From Barnesiella sp. (GTDB lineage: Bacteria; Bacteroidota; Bacteroidia; Bacteroidales; Barnesiellaceae_A): a DNA stretch of 64,000 nt. The position numbers and the translations under genes were made by a program. Shown piece by piece: positions 46,826 through 56,356 of this stretch (the stretch's first letter is position 1; each line of letters starts with the position of its first letter). The stretch lies in contig JAZRIS010000027.1 of the NCBI GenBank assembly GCA_045645425.1, positions 181 to 64,180 of the forward strand, written 5' to 3'. Below the pieces are notes generated by a model. It had not been told where the DNA came from. It made no database searches and worked only from the letters and a program-made list of their open reading frames with translations.

Positions 46826-48997
46826 ATGTATTACTTGAAAGATCTCGAAGCAAAATCATTGCCCGAATTGAAAGAAATTGCCTCCCAATTAGGCATTAGC
46901 ATCAGCAACAACATTGCCATAGACGAGTTGGTATATACCATTCTCGACGAGCAAGCTATCAGTGCCAGCAAGATGCAAGGAGGCGAGGGTAAACGCAAAA
47001 AGAAAAAAACGCCCACCGACAAGGCCGACAAAAAAGACCCAAATGATGATGCAGCCTACAAAACTACCGAGAAAACCGAGGTAGAAATATCGGCGCATCA
47101 AGAAGATATACAACCCCAAGCAGAAAAGGTAACTGCGATTGACGAGAAGCCTATTGCCAAGGAAGAGGCCGCTACAATTACAACCGAGGAGGCTGCCACC
47201 GCAACCATCCAACAAGAGGATACACCGGCCGAGAAACCTCGTCGCGGTCGCAAGAAAAAACAAAAACCCGAAGAGAGTGTCATCACAGGAAGCAGTGACA
47301 ATACCACAGCCGCCGAGAATAACAACAAGGCTGAAGCGGTAGCAGAAGAAACACCTCTGGCAGATACAAAACCAGCCGAAAAGCCCGCAGAGGAGAAACC
47401 TCGCCGCGGTCGCAAACGCATCATCAACGAGGAGAAAACAACCATCAACGAGGAAAAAACAGCTACCAACGAGGAGAAAAAGCCCGCCACACAGGAGGCC
47501 GAAGAGGCAACACCTGCCGAGCAAGCATCGTTGCCCCAAGAGCCCATAGCCGAAGAGGCTGCCCAAACAACCGAAGAGGAGTCAAAGCCCCAAGAGCCCA
47601 CACTCCCCCCTACTCCCGGTCTATCGGCATTCTTCCCCAAGGCAACACGATTTATCTCTCGCGACAAAAATGGCAATGTTGTCAAACAACAATTTACGCC
47701 ACAAAACCGCAACAACAACAACAACAACAACAACTTTAATAATAACAATAATAACAATAATAACAAACAAAACGACAAGCAACACAAGCGCAACAAACAA
47801 GGCAACATGCCCCAAGACGAGGTGCGTCGCGAGGAAAACATGCGCGACGAGATGATACCCAGCGAGCGCTTGTACGACTTTGAAGGTATTTTGATGGGTT
47901 CGGGAGTGTTGGAGATGATGCCCGACGGCTATGGCTTCTTGCGCTCGCCCGACTACAACTACCTTACTTCGCCCGACGATATATATGTGTCACAATCACA
48001 AATAAAGCACTATGGGCTCAAGACCGGTGATGTTGTAGAAGGCTCGATACGTCCCCCCAAAGAGGGCGAAAAATATTTCCCCTTGGCCAAGGTAGAACGC
48101 ATCAATGGTCGCTTGCCCGAGTTTGTGAGAGATCGTGTTCCATTTGACCACCTCACACCGCTATTCCCCAACGAGAAGTTCAACCTCACAGGAGGCAAAT
48201 CATGCAACCTCTCTACCCGAGTTGTAGATATGTTCTCGCCCATAGGCAAGGGACAACGCGGTCTTATCGTGGCGCAGCCCAAGACAGGTAAAACAGTTAT
48301 ACTCAAAGATATAGCAAACGCCATATCGGAAAATCACCCCGAGGTATATATGATTATATTGCTCATAGACGAACGTCCGGAGGAGGTAACCGACATGGCA
48401 CGCAGCGTAAAGGCCGAAGTGATAGCATCAACCTTTGACGAGCCTGCCGAGCGCCATGTGAAGATAACCAACATCGTACTCGAAAAGGCCAAACGCATGG
48501 TAGAGTGTGGCCATGATGTTGTTATCTTGCTCGACTCAATCACACGCTTGGCGCGCGCATTCAATACCGTAGCACCGGCATCGGGCAAGGTATTGTCGGG
48601 TGGTGTGGATGCCAATGCCCTACACAAGCCCAAACGCTTCTTTGGAGCCGCTCGTAACATAGAAAACGGAGGCAGTCTTACCATCATAGCCACAGCCCTC
48701 ATCGACACCGGCTCAAAGATGGATGAAGTAATCTTTGAAGAATTTAAGGGTACGGGCAACATGGAGTTGCAACTCGACCGCAAGTTGTCGAACAAGCGCA
48801 TCTTCCCTGCCGTAGATATAAATGCGTCGAGCACACGTCGCGACGACCTATTGCACGACAAGGAAACACTCAATCGCATGTGGATATTGCGCCGCTACCT
48901 TGCCGACATGAACTCGGTAGAAGCTATGGAATTTCTCAAAGAGCGTCTTGAACGCACAACATCCAATGAAGAATTTCTCTTATCGATGAACGATTGA
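46826..48997 (+). CDS. rho: Transcription termination factor Rho with a large N-terminal disordered insertion
   Basis: 723 aa. The Rho N-terminal helix bundle is [25 protein letters not shown] low-complexity insert of about 300 aa follows. After it come the CSD-like RNA-binding domain ([15 protein letters not shown]) and the ATPase core ([26 protein letters not shown]). Confidence 0.95.
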   Translation: MYYLKDLEAKSLPELKEIASQLGISISNNIAIDELVYTILDEQAISASKMQGGEGKRKKKKTPTDKADKKDPNDDAAYKTTEKTEVEISAHQEDIQPQAEKVTAIDEKPIAKEEAATITTEEAATATIQQEDTPAEKPRRGRKKKQKPEESVITGSSDNTTAAENNNKAEAVAEETPLADTKPAEKPAEEKPRRGRKRIINEEKTTINEEKTATNEEKKPATQEAEEATPAEQASLPQEPIAEEAAQTTEEESKPQEPTLPPTPGLSAFFPKATRFISRDKNGNVVKQQFTPQNRNNNNNNNNFNNNNNNNNNKQNDKQHKRNKQGNMPQDEVRREENMRDEMIPSERLYDFEGILMGSGVLEMMPDGYGFLRSPDYNYLTSPDDIYVSQSQIKHYGLKTGDVVEGSIRPPKEGEKYFPLAKVERINGRLPEFVRDRVPFDHLTPLFPNEKFNLTGGKSCNLSTRVVDMFSPIGKGQRGLIVAQPKTGKTVILKDIANAISENHPEVYMIILLIDERPEEVTDMARSVKAEVIASTFDEPAERHVKITNIVLEKAKRMVECGHDVVILLDSITRLARAFNTVAPASGKVLSGGVDANALHKPKRFFGAARNIENGGSLTIIATALIDTGSKMDEVIFEEFKGTGNMELQLDRKLSNKRIFPAVDINASSTRRDDLLHDKETLNRMWILRRYLADMNSVEAMEFLKERLERTTSNEEFLLSMND

Positions 48998-49026
48998 TAG
49001 CCAACTCGAAAGAATAGATAACCCAA

Positions 49027-49077
49027 TCGACGCCCTTGCAGAAAAAAGAAGACTCGCAGGGCGTTGATTTTTTTTTG
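49027..49077 (+). terminator. Rho-independent terminator after rho
   Basis: Stem tcgacgccct(t)gc (49027-49039) with gcagggcgttga (49056-49067), containing one G.U pair and one bulge. It is followed by nine Ts (49068-49076). Confidence 0.8.
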
Positions 49078-49107
49078 TATCGGCATGGTTATATAGATAA
49101 TATGTAT

Positions 49108-49115
49108 TACCTTTG
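49108..49115 (+). promoter_or_regulatory. Putative -7 box TAccTTTG for the pectate lyase gene
   Basis: tacctttg lies 54 nt upstream of the ATG at 49170. Confidence 0.45.
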
Positions 49116-49169
49116 GGGATGCACATAGCCTATGGCATACAACGTAAAGACATCAATAACCTCACTACT

Positions 49170-50939
49170 ATGAGAAAACACATATACCTCTTGGCCATCT
49201 TAATGGCAATATTTATACCCCAATACAGTTTGTCACAAGAAGAGAGAGCCTTGGCATTTCCGGGAGCCGAGGGTTGGGGTCGTCACACCAGCGGAGGACG
49301 TGGCGGTCGCATTGTATTTGTAACCAACACACTCGACTATACATCGGGCGAAACACCCATCGAGGGTAGTTTCAGAGCCGCCATGCACAACGCCGGCAAC
49401 GACCCTATCACGGTAGTATTTCGCACATCGGGTCGCATAGACCTCAAAGAGGTACTGAAAGTAACCCGAGGCAATATAACCATAGCCGGACAAACAGCCC
49501 CGGGAGAGGGAATATGCCTGTCGGGACGACGCATATACTTCTCGGGCGAGAACTATATCATCCGCTATCTCCGTTTCCGTTCGGGCGACGGGAATGCAAG
49601 CAACGAGTCGTCGCTCGACATCGAGAATGCCCGCAACGTGATTGTCGATCACTGCTCGATGAGCTGGTCGGTAGAAGAGAATGTAACCATGTATGACAAC
49701 AAGTACACAACCATGCAATGGTGCATTCTCAGCGAGCCATTATACAAGAGCTGCCACAACAAGGGCAACCGCGGATATGGAGCACAATGGGGAGGAGAAC
49801 ACAGCACCTACCATCACAACCTCATAGCCCACACCATGAGTCGTGCCCCACGCTTGAATGGTGTGCGCGACGATGCGCAAGGACACGACTATCAGGTAAC
49901 ACAAGAGGTAGTAAACAATGTAATATATAATTGGGGCAAAAAAGAGGCCGTGTATGGAGGAGAGTTGTACTCCTCGCGCGAGGGTGCCTACTGCCACAAC
50001 ATTTTGCTCAACAATTACTACAAGCCGGGGCCTGCTACATGGAAGATGAAGGAGCGCTGGTTTGCCCGTCTGTCATACTCGTCGGGAAGCAATCATGCCG
50101 GTGAGGGCAAATATGGATTGTGGTATATAGAGGGCAATTATATGGAAGAACAACCCTCGCGACCCAATCCCACCAACGACTATTTTAGCGGAGAATATGA
50201 CGAGATAAACAACAATAATTGGTACAACAGCAACACGAGCAACAAAAACAAGGCATTAGACCTGCAAAGCTCGCAATACGAAGGCGATAATATCTATCAA
50301 CGCCTCGAACAACAACCAGAAGAAGAGAGCGGTGTCACTATAACATCGGCCATAGAAGCCTACGAAGCAGTATTGTCGGGAGCCGGATGCCGTATTCCTT
50401 GTCTTGATGCGATAGATAGTCGCATTATCGAAGAAGCCGCCGGACGCACAGCCCCCATCTATGGTGCGAGCTATGGCGCAGGTACGGGAATTATAGACTC
50501 ACAAACCGATGTAGGCGGATACCCGGCATACGCCACCACAACAGCCCCTGTCGATGAAGATAATGACGGAATGGCCGACGAGTGGGAACAAGCACTCGAC
50601 ATAGACAACCCCAACGGCTATGACCTATCGGACCACTATACCAACATAGAGATGTACTTTGAGCACCTCATCAATGGCTCGGCATCAACACCCCAAGTAG
50701 AGAACGATGATGCCACCCACAGTTGGTACGACGCACAGGCACATGCCTTGACATTCTCGGCACAGGAAGTTATATACCACCTCAACATTTACAGTGTCAG
50801 CGGCACACTTGTTGCCCACTACACACCCCGACTATGTGCAACAACATGCTTTCTGCCGCCACTCGACAAAGGCATATACATAGCCATACTAACAGACAGC
50901 AATGGCACAACACACACACATAAAATAGCCATCGAATAA
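49170..50939 (+). CDS. Pectate lyase-like (PL1 family) enzyme with a T9SS C-terminal domain
   Basis: Start at MRKHIYLLAILMAIFIPQYSLSQ. The PL1 blocks AFPGAEGWGRHTSGGRGGRIVFVTNTLD, ITIAGQTAPGEGI, IIRYLRFRSG and VIVDHCSMSW are present. The CTD is LNIYSVSGTLVA..LDKGIYIAILTDSNGTTHTHKIAIE. Confidence 0.75.
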   Translation: MRKHIYLLAILMAIFIPQYSLSQEERALAFPGAEGWGRHTSGGRGGRIVFVTNTLDYTSGETPIEGSFRAAMHNAGNDPITVVFRTSGRIDLKEVLKVTRGNITIAGQTAPGEGICLSGRRIYFSGENYIIRYLRFRSGDGNASNESSLDIENARNVIVDHCSMSWSVEENVTMYDNKYTTMQWCILSEPLYKSCHNKGNRGYGAQWGGEHSTYHHNLIAHTMSRAPRLNGVRDDAQGHDYQVTQEVVNNVIYNWGKKEAVYGGELYSSREGAYCHNILLNNYYKPGPATWKMKERWFARLSYSSGSNHAGEGKYGLWYIEGNYMEEQPSRPNPTNDYFSGEYDEINNNNWYNSNTSNKNKALDLQSSQYEGDNIYQRLEQQPEEESGVTITSAIEAYEAVLSGAGCRIPCLDAIDSRIIEEAAGRTAPIYGASYGAGTGIIDSQTDVGGYPAYATTTAPVDEDNDGMADEWEQALDIDNPNGYDLSDHYTNIEMYFEHLINGSASTPQVENDDATHSWYDAQAHALTFSAQEVIYHLNIYSVSGTLVAHYTPRLCATTCFLPPLDKGIYIAILTDSNGTTHTHKIAIE

Positions 50940-51074
50940 TCATAAAATATTGCAAAATCTCAATATCCCTTCTACACCTATAACACAAGATGTTACATCA
51001 TTATATAGCGACACAGATGGATAATATATATACAATCGACCGATAAAACATTTGCCATTTAGGACAATTTTATA

Positions 51075-51082
51075 TAATTTTG
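51075..51082 (+). promoter_or_regulatory. Putative -7 box TAatTTTG for argR
   Basis: taattttg lies 29 nt upstream of the ATG at 51112. Confidence 0.45.
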
Positions 51083-51111
51083 CATGTCACACAAGCATAA
51101 ATATACAAGAC

Positions 51112-51600
51112 ATGAAGAAAAAGAAGAAGCGATTGGATATTATACGAGATATAATAAACACACAAAAGATAAGTTGCCAGATAGAATTATTGCAACCTCT
51201 TGAAGAGGCCGGTATAGAAGTAACGCAAGCCACATTGTCACGCGACTTGAAGCAACTGAAAATAGCCAAAATGCCCGACTCGACAGGTCGCTACATCTAC
51301 ACCCTGCCACAAGAGAATAACAGAGCGAATATTACACACCACTCTATCATGAGCGACAAGCATCCGGCAGTGGGAGTAGGCGGATTTCTGTCAATCTCCT
51401 TCTCGCACAATATAGTTGTTGTCAAGACAAGTCCGGGCTATGCCGGCAGCATAGCCTACGATATAGACAATGGCGACAATCAAGAGATATTGGGCACTGT
51501 AGCCGGTGACGATACAATCCTCATCATCCTATCGGAAGGCACCACACACGACAAGGCATACCATATATTATCGAGATATATCCCCGCCTTGAGTTCATAA
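51112..51600 (+). CDS. argR: Arginine repressor ArgR
   Basis: Start at MKKKKKRLDIIRDIINTQKI. The winged-helix segment is VTQATLSRDLKQLKI. The C-terminal oligomerisation domain contains VVVKTSPGYAGSIAYDID and GTVAGDDTILII. Confidence 0.8.
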   Translation: MKKKKKRLDIIRDIINTQKISCQIELLQPLEEAGIEVTQATLSRDLKQLKIAKMPDSTGRYIYTLPQENNRANITHHSIMSDKHPAVGVGGFLSISFSHNIVVVKTSPGYAGSIAYDIDNGDNQEILGTVAGDDTILIILSEGTTHDKAYHILSRYIPALSS

Positions 51601-51633
51601 GCGCCACCCGATAAATAAGATACAAAATAACAC

Positions 51634-52962
51634 ATGGACAGCAAGCAACTCATAACCTACGCATGCCAAAGATTGGGAATACAATCGCTCAACGCCATGC
51701 AACAAGCCTGCATAGAGACATGCAGCAAGGGCCAAGATGTCATTCTATTGGCACCCACAGGCTCGGGCAAGACATTGGCCTACCTCATCCCACTCTTCAG
51801 CCGCATACAGCCACAAGCCGCACGCACACAAGCACTCATCATTGTTCCCACAAGAGAGTTGGCACAGCAAGTAGAGCAAGTGGCACGCACCATTGCATCG
51901 GGCTACCGTATTGTGTGTTGCTATGGCGGGCACTCGTTTCGCGACGAGGCACGTTCGCTCGAAACGACAGCCGATGTTGTGTTAGGCACCCCCGGACGAC
52001 TGCTCGACCATGTACAACGAGGCCGGTTGTCGCTCGACCATGTAGATATGCTCATTCTCGACGAGTTTGACAAAAGCCTTGAGCTTGGATTTCACAACGA
52101 AATGAGGTCGCTTATACGCCCGCTGAAAAAGTTGAATATGCGCATCCTCACATCGGCAACCAATCTGAACGAGATACCCGATTTTGTTGCCATGCCCGAT
52201 GCCACACGACTATACTACATAGACCGCACACACAAGACCGAACAAAAGCAACAGTTGGCGGTATATCATGTAGCCTCGCCCGAGAAAGACAAGCTCGATA
52301 CACTATACCAACTGCTCTGTCGCATCGACGACTCTCCCACCCTCGTATTCTGCAACCAACGAGAGAGTGTAGAGCGAGTGAGCGATTTTCTCAAGAAAAA
52401 GCGAGTGGTATGCGCCGCATTTCACGGCGGTATGGAGCAACCCGACCGCGAGCGAGCCTTGTGCCGATTTCGCAACCGCAGTGCCAACATCTGTGTAGCT
52501 ACCGACTTGGCAGCAAGAGGCTTGGATATAGCATCGGTAGGACACGTCATTCACTACCATCTGCCCTTGGATGCCGAGGCCTATACCCATCGCAATGGTC
52601 GCACTGCACGCATGGATGCCAGCGGCAATGCCTATCTTATTGTAGCGCCACAAGAGGAGTTGCCCCTCTATATCGACGACATACACTATTTGCGCCTTGA
52701 CAGCGAGCCGCATATACCTGCCACACCGAGCATGGACACCCTGCACTTTGCCGCCGGCAAACGAGAGAAATTGAGCAAAGGTGACATCCTCGGCTTCCTC
52801 ACACGCATGTGTGAGTTGGAAGCATCGGAGGTGGGGCTCATTGAGGTAAAAGACCACTTTAGCTATGCCGCCATATCGCGCAACCGCATACAAGACGTAT
52901 TGCAAAAGGCACAAACCGAGAAGATAAAAGGTCGTCGCATCAAAGTAAACAGAGCGTTTTGA
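51634..52962 (+). CDS. DEAD-box ATP-dependent RNA helicase with a DbpA-like C-terminal RNA-binding domain
   Basis: It has motif I APTGSGKT, motif II DEFD, motif III SAT and motif VI HRNGRTAR. The C-terminal segment is GKREKLSKGDILGFL...IEVKDHFSYAAI. Confidence 0.8.
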   Translation: MDSKQLITYACQRLGIQSLNAMQQACIETCSKGQDVILLAPTGSGKTLAYLIPLFSRIQPQAARTQALIIVPTRELAQQVEQVARTIASGYRIVCCYGGHSFRDEARSLETTADVVLGTPGRLLDHVQRGRLSLDHVDMLILDEFDKSLELGFHNEMRSLIRPLKKLNMRILTSATNLNEIPDFVAMPDATRLYYIDRTHKTEQKQQLAVYHVASPEKDKLDTLYQLLCRIDDSPTLVFCNQRESVERVSDFLKKKRVVCAAFHGGMEQPDRERALCRFRNRSANICVATDLAARGLDIASVGHVIHYHLPLDAEAYTHRNGRTARMDASGNAYLIVAPQEELPLYIDDIHYLRLDSEPHIPATPSMDTLHFAAGKREKLSKGDILGFLTRMCELEASEVGLIEVKDHFSYAAISRNRIQDVLQKAQTEKIKGRRIKVNRAF

Positions 52963-53040
52963 CACATCATATCAGATAATCTGCTTGCAATAGATTTCTC
53001 GCGACATCAACAACCTTGTCATCACAATCAGCATAAACAA

Positions 53041-53073
53041 CAAGAGGATGCCTCGTTTTGAGGTATCCTCTTG
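53041..53073. terminator. Convergent-gene hairpin between the helicase gene and kbl
   Basis: 14-bp stem, caagaggatgcctc with gaggtatcctcttg, containing one G.U pair. The flanking T-tracts are weak. Confidence 0.4.
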
Positions 53074-53133
53074 CTATATAGTGCAATGTAGTGTCACATC
53101 ACGTTATTGAGTGAGCATGTGGTAATGGAATTT

Positions 53134-54327
53134 TTATTTCAACACGCCCAATTTCTTGCCCACTTTGATAAATGCCTCAATAGCACGATCAAGGTGCTCA
53201 CGCTCATGACCGGCCGAGAGTTGCACACGGATGCGTGCTTGTCCCTTGGGCACTACGGGATAATAGAAACCTGTTACATAGATACCCTCGCGTTGCATCT
53301 CGGCGGCAAAGTCTTGCGACAACTTGGCATCATAGAGCATAACGGCACAGATAGCCGATTGTGTGGGCTTGATGTCAAATCCGGCAGCCAACATCTTGTC
53401 GCGGAAATAGGTAACATTCTCTATCAACTTGTCATGCAGGGCATCGCTGGCTTGCAAGGTGCGGAACATCTCGATACTTGCGCCCACGATAGCAGGAGCA
53501 ACAGAGTTGGAGAAGAGATAAGGACGCGAGCGTTGGCGCAACATATCTATAATCTCCTTGCGACCGGTTGTGAAACCACCCATTGCGCCACCAAAAGACT
53601 TGCCCAATGTGCCGGTGAAAATATCTATCTTGCCATAACAGTTGAACTGCTCGGCCACACCACGACCTGTGGGGCCTACCACACCTGCCGAGTGGCTCTC
53701 ATCAACCATCACAAGGGCATCGTATTTCTCGGCCAGCTCCACAATCTTGTCCATAGGAGCCACATTGCCATCCATCGAGAAAACGCCATCGGTAGCTATG
53801 ACACGAAAACGTTGAGCCTGCGCCTCTTGCAAGCAACGCTCCAACTCTTCCATATCGGCATTGGCATAGCGATAACGTTTGGCTTTACACAAGCGCACAC
53901 CGTCGATGATAGAAGCGTGATTGAGCGCATCACTGATAATGGCATCCTCCTCGGTAAAAAGAGGCTCGAAAAGACCGCCATTGGCATCGAAACAAGCGGC
54001 ATAGAGAATAGTATCTTCGGTGTGGAAATACTCGCTGATAGCACGCTCCAACTCCTTGTGCAGGTCTTGAGTACCACAAATAAAACGCACCGACGACATA
54101 CCATAGCCGTGAGTATCCATAGCTTTCTTGGCAGCCTCGATGAGTGCCTTATTGTCGGACAAACCCAAGTAGTTGTTGGCACAGAAATTGAGCACCTCAC
54201 CCTCGGCACCGGCTACATTGATACCGGCTTTTTGAGGCGTTGTTATTATACGTTCCTGCTTATAGAGTCCGGCATCTTTGATGTCTTGCAACTCCTTTGT
54301 CAAGTGAGATTTAAAAGCGTTATACAT
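53134..54327 (-). CDS. kbl: Glycine C-acetyltransferase (2-amino-3-ketobutyrate CoA ligase)
   Basis: 397 aa. The alpha-oxoamine synthase fold blocks NFCANNYLGL, DESHSAG and GTLGKSFGG (PLP Lys) are present, and the gene is adjacent to tdh. Confidence 0.9.
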   Translation of the reverse strand: MYNAFKSHLTKELQDIKDAGLYKQERIITTPQKAGINVAGAEGEVLNFCANNYLGLSDNKALIEAAKKAMDTHGYGMSSVRFICGTQDLHKELERAISEYFHTEDTILYAACFDANGGLFEPLFTEEDAIISDALNHASIIDGVRLCKAKRYRYANADMEELERCLQEAQAQRFRVIATDGVFSMDGNVAPMDKIVELAEKYDALVMVDESHSAGVVGPTGRGVAEQFNCYGKIDIFTGTLGKSFGGAMGGFTTGRKEIIDMLRQRSRPYLFSNSVAPAIVGASIEMFRTLQASDALHDKLIENVTYFRDKMLAAGFDIKPTQSAICAVMLYDAKLSQDFAAEMQREGIYVTGFYYPVVPKGQARIRVQLSAGHEREHLDRAIEAFIKVGKKLGVLK

Positions 54328-54388
54328 AATTTTAGAATTTAAGGTGAATTTTTTCTGCTCAAAAGTAGCGATTATTTCTTGAAAAAAC

Positions 54389-54396
54389 TATATTTG
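54389..54396 (+). promoter_or_regulatory. Putative -7 box TAtaTTTG for tdh
   Basis: tatatttg lies 50 nt upstream of the ATG at 54447. Confidence 0.5.
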
Positions 54397-54446
54397 CAAA
54401 ACAAAATTATTGAACAATTATACCTTAATACTAAAAAACGATATTT

Positions 54447-55412
54447 ATGAAAAACGTTCTTGTTATCGGAGCTACCGGACAAATAGGTACGGAACTTACC
54501 ATGAAACTTCGTCAAGAATATCCCGGAGGTAACATTGTGGCAGGATATATCCAAGGAGCCGAGCCCAAAGGCGCACTGGCCGAGAGTGGCCCCTCGGCCG
54601 AGGTAGATATAACCAATGCGCAACAAATAGCCGATGCGGTAGCGAAATATAACGTTGATACCATCTATAACCTTGCCGCATTGCTCAGCGCCACAGCCGA
54701 GGCCAAGCCGCAACTTGCATGGAAGATAGGCGTAGGAGGCTTGTTCAACACCCTTGAGGTGGCACGCGAAAAGAATTGTGCCGTGTTCACCCCCAGCTCA
54801 ATAGGCTCGTTTGGTAAAGGTACACCCAAAGACCGCACCCCCCAAGATTCTATACAACGCCCCGATACTATTTATGGCATAACAAAAGTCACAGGCGAGA
54901 TGCTCTCCGACTACTATACACGTCGATTTGGTGTAGATACCCGCTCGGTGCGCTTTCCGGGTCTTATCTCATACGTTGCACCTCCGGGCGGTGGCACCAC
55001 CGACTATGCAGTAGATATATACTACTCGGCCGTGAAAGGCGAAACATTCTATTGTCCGCTCAATCCCGGCACATTCATGGATATGATGTATATGCCCGAT
55101 GCCTTGCGTGCAGCCATCGAAATCATGGAAGCCAATCCCGACCGTCTGATACACCGCAACTCGTTCAACATCACATCAATGAGTTTCGACCCCGAAATTA
55201 TCTACAAGAAGATATGCGAGTATGTACCGGGCTTCAAGATGGAGTATAGACACGACCCCTTGCGTCAAGCCATAGCCGACTCGTGGCCCAACTCGCTCGA
55301 TGACACCTGTGCTCGCGAAGAGTGGGATTGGAAGCCCCAATACGACCTCGACAGCATGACAAGAGATATGCTCAAGCAACTGCGCTTGAAATTTGGGATA
55401 GAAAATCAATAA
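54447..55412 (+). CDS. tdh: L-threonine 3-dehydrogenase, short-chain (NAD-dependent epimerase-like) type
   Basis: 321 aa with the Rossmann motif VIGATGQIG and catalytic YGITK. The gene is divergent from kbl. Confidence 0.8.
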   Translation: MKNVLVIGATGQIGTELTMKLRQEYPGGNIVAGYIQGAEPKGALAESGPSAEVDITNAQQIADAVAKYNVDTIYNLAALLSATAEAKPQLAWKIGVGGLFNTLEVAREKNCAVFTPSSIGSFGKGTPKDRTPQDSIQRPDTIYGITKVTGEMLSDYYTRRFGVDTRSVRFPGLISYVAPPGGGTTDYAVDIYYSAVKGETFYCPLNPGTFMDMMYMPDALRAAIEIMEANPDRLIHRNSFNITSMSFDPEIIYKKICEYVPGFKMEYRHDPLRQAIADSWPNSLDDTCAREEWDWKPQYDLDSMTRDMLKQLRLKFGIENQ

Positions 55413-55433
55413 TAATTCAACACAAACAACATA

Positions 55434-55470
55434 AACGGAGAGGCAATCAAACATGGCTCTCCGTTTTATT
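55434..55470 (+). terminator. Rho-independent terminator after tdh
   Basis: Stem aacggagag (55434-55442) with ctctccgtt (55457-55465), followed by ttatt. Confidence 0.6.
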
Positions 55471-55516
55471 ATATAAATTTATACATCTGCATTGCACATA
55501 GTACAATAAATATATG

Positions 55517-55524
55517 TATCTTTG
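55517..55524 (+). promoter_or_regulatory. Putative -7 box TAtcTTTG for the Crp/Fnr gene
   Basis: tatctttg lies 51 nt upstream of the ATG at 55576. It overlaps the listed TTG start at 55522, which argues for the shorter gene. Confidence 0.5.
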
Positions 55525-55575
55525 CAATATATTAACGACACAAAAGCAGTAGAGTCGCAAACAACAGCAACGAGA

Positions 55576-56154
55576 ATGGAGGAATTTAAGAAAATACTTG
55601 CCGAGGAAGCTTTATTTAAACTATCGGATGAGATAATGGATCGATTCTGTTCGTACATGGAGGAGATACATCTCAAACGATATGACTACATGATAAAGAG
55701 TGGCGACATAGACAACAATATCTATGTCGTTAAAGATGGCATCATCCGACGCACTCACGAGGTAGGCGACAAAATCATGACCAATAGTTTTGCCATAAGG
55801 GGCTCGGTGCTCATTTCATGGCATTGTTACTACTTCAACCAACCCTCCTATTCACAATTTCAGGCCTGTTGCGACACGGTATTGATGCGTGTACCCAAGA
55901 CCAAGTTTGATGAGTTGATAGCCACCTCGCACGAGTTTGCCCAATGGGCATTGAGCCTTGCACATGGCACACTCTACTACCAAGAGTTCAAGTCGCGAGC
56001 CATCAAGGGCACGGTGAAGGAGCGATATACGTCGCTCATCAAAGGTCGCCCGGAGATTATACAGAAAGTACCCCTCGGATTTATCGCATCATATCTGGGC
56101 ATTACACAGTCGCACTTGAGCCGCATGCGCAACGAGCTTGCCAAAGAAAAGTAG
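55576..56154 (+). CDS. Crp/Fnr-family transcriptional regulator
   Basis: It has a cNMP-binding-like beta-roll (IYVVKDGIIRRTH) and the C-terminal HTH IASYLGITQSHLSRMRNEL. Confidence 0.75.
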   Translation: MEEFKKILAEEALFKLSDEIMDRFCSYMEEIHLKRYDYMIKSGDIDNNIYVVKDGIIRRTHEVGDKIMTNSFAIRGSVLISWHCYYFNQPSYSQFQACCDTVLMRVPKTKFDELIATSHEFAQWALSLAHGTLYYQEFKSRAIKGTVKERYTSLIKGRPEIIQKVPLGFIASYLGITQSHLSRMRNELAKEK

Positions 56155-56186
56155 AAACAACAACACACTATTAGACAAGCAGATAC

Positions 56187-56221
56187 AACGGGACAAAGAT
56201 ATACTTTCGTCCCGTTTTTTG
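56187..56221 (+). terminator. Rho-independent terminator after the Crp/Fnr gene
   Basis: Stem aacgggac (56187-56194) with gtcccgtt (56209-56216), followed by tttt. Confidence 0.75.
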
Positions 56222-56271
56222 ATGTACATCAAAAAAGGAAAAAGGGTGTTGCGTATAAAAAAAAAGTATTA

Positions 56272-56279
56272 TATTTTTG
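56272..56279 (+). promoter_or_regulatory. Putative -7 box TAttTTTG for gene 56357..57775
   Basis: tatttttg lies 77 nt upstream of the ATG. Confidence 0.45.
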
Positions 56280-56356
56280 CAACGTGATAGCAAAAAGCTA
56301 TGCTATATAATATCTCTTCATTTGCTAACTATTAACTCTTATACCTATACACTGTT

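Noticed and set aside
46889-47855. Several ORFs overlap the rho insertion region on both strands (46889..47566, 47098..47841, 47139..47342, 47621..47815, 47670..47855).
   Set aside because: They are low-complexity by-products of the repetitive, stop-poor sequence encoding the Rho disordered insert. The rho frame is continuous into conserved Rho domains.
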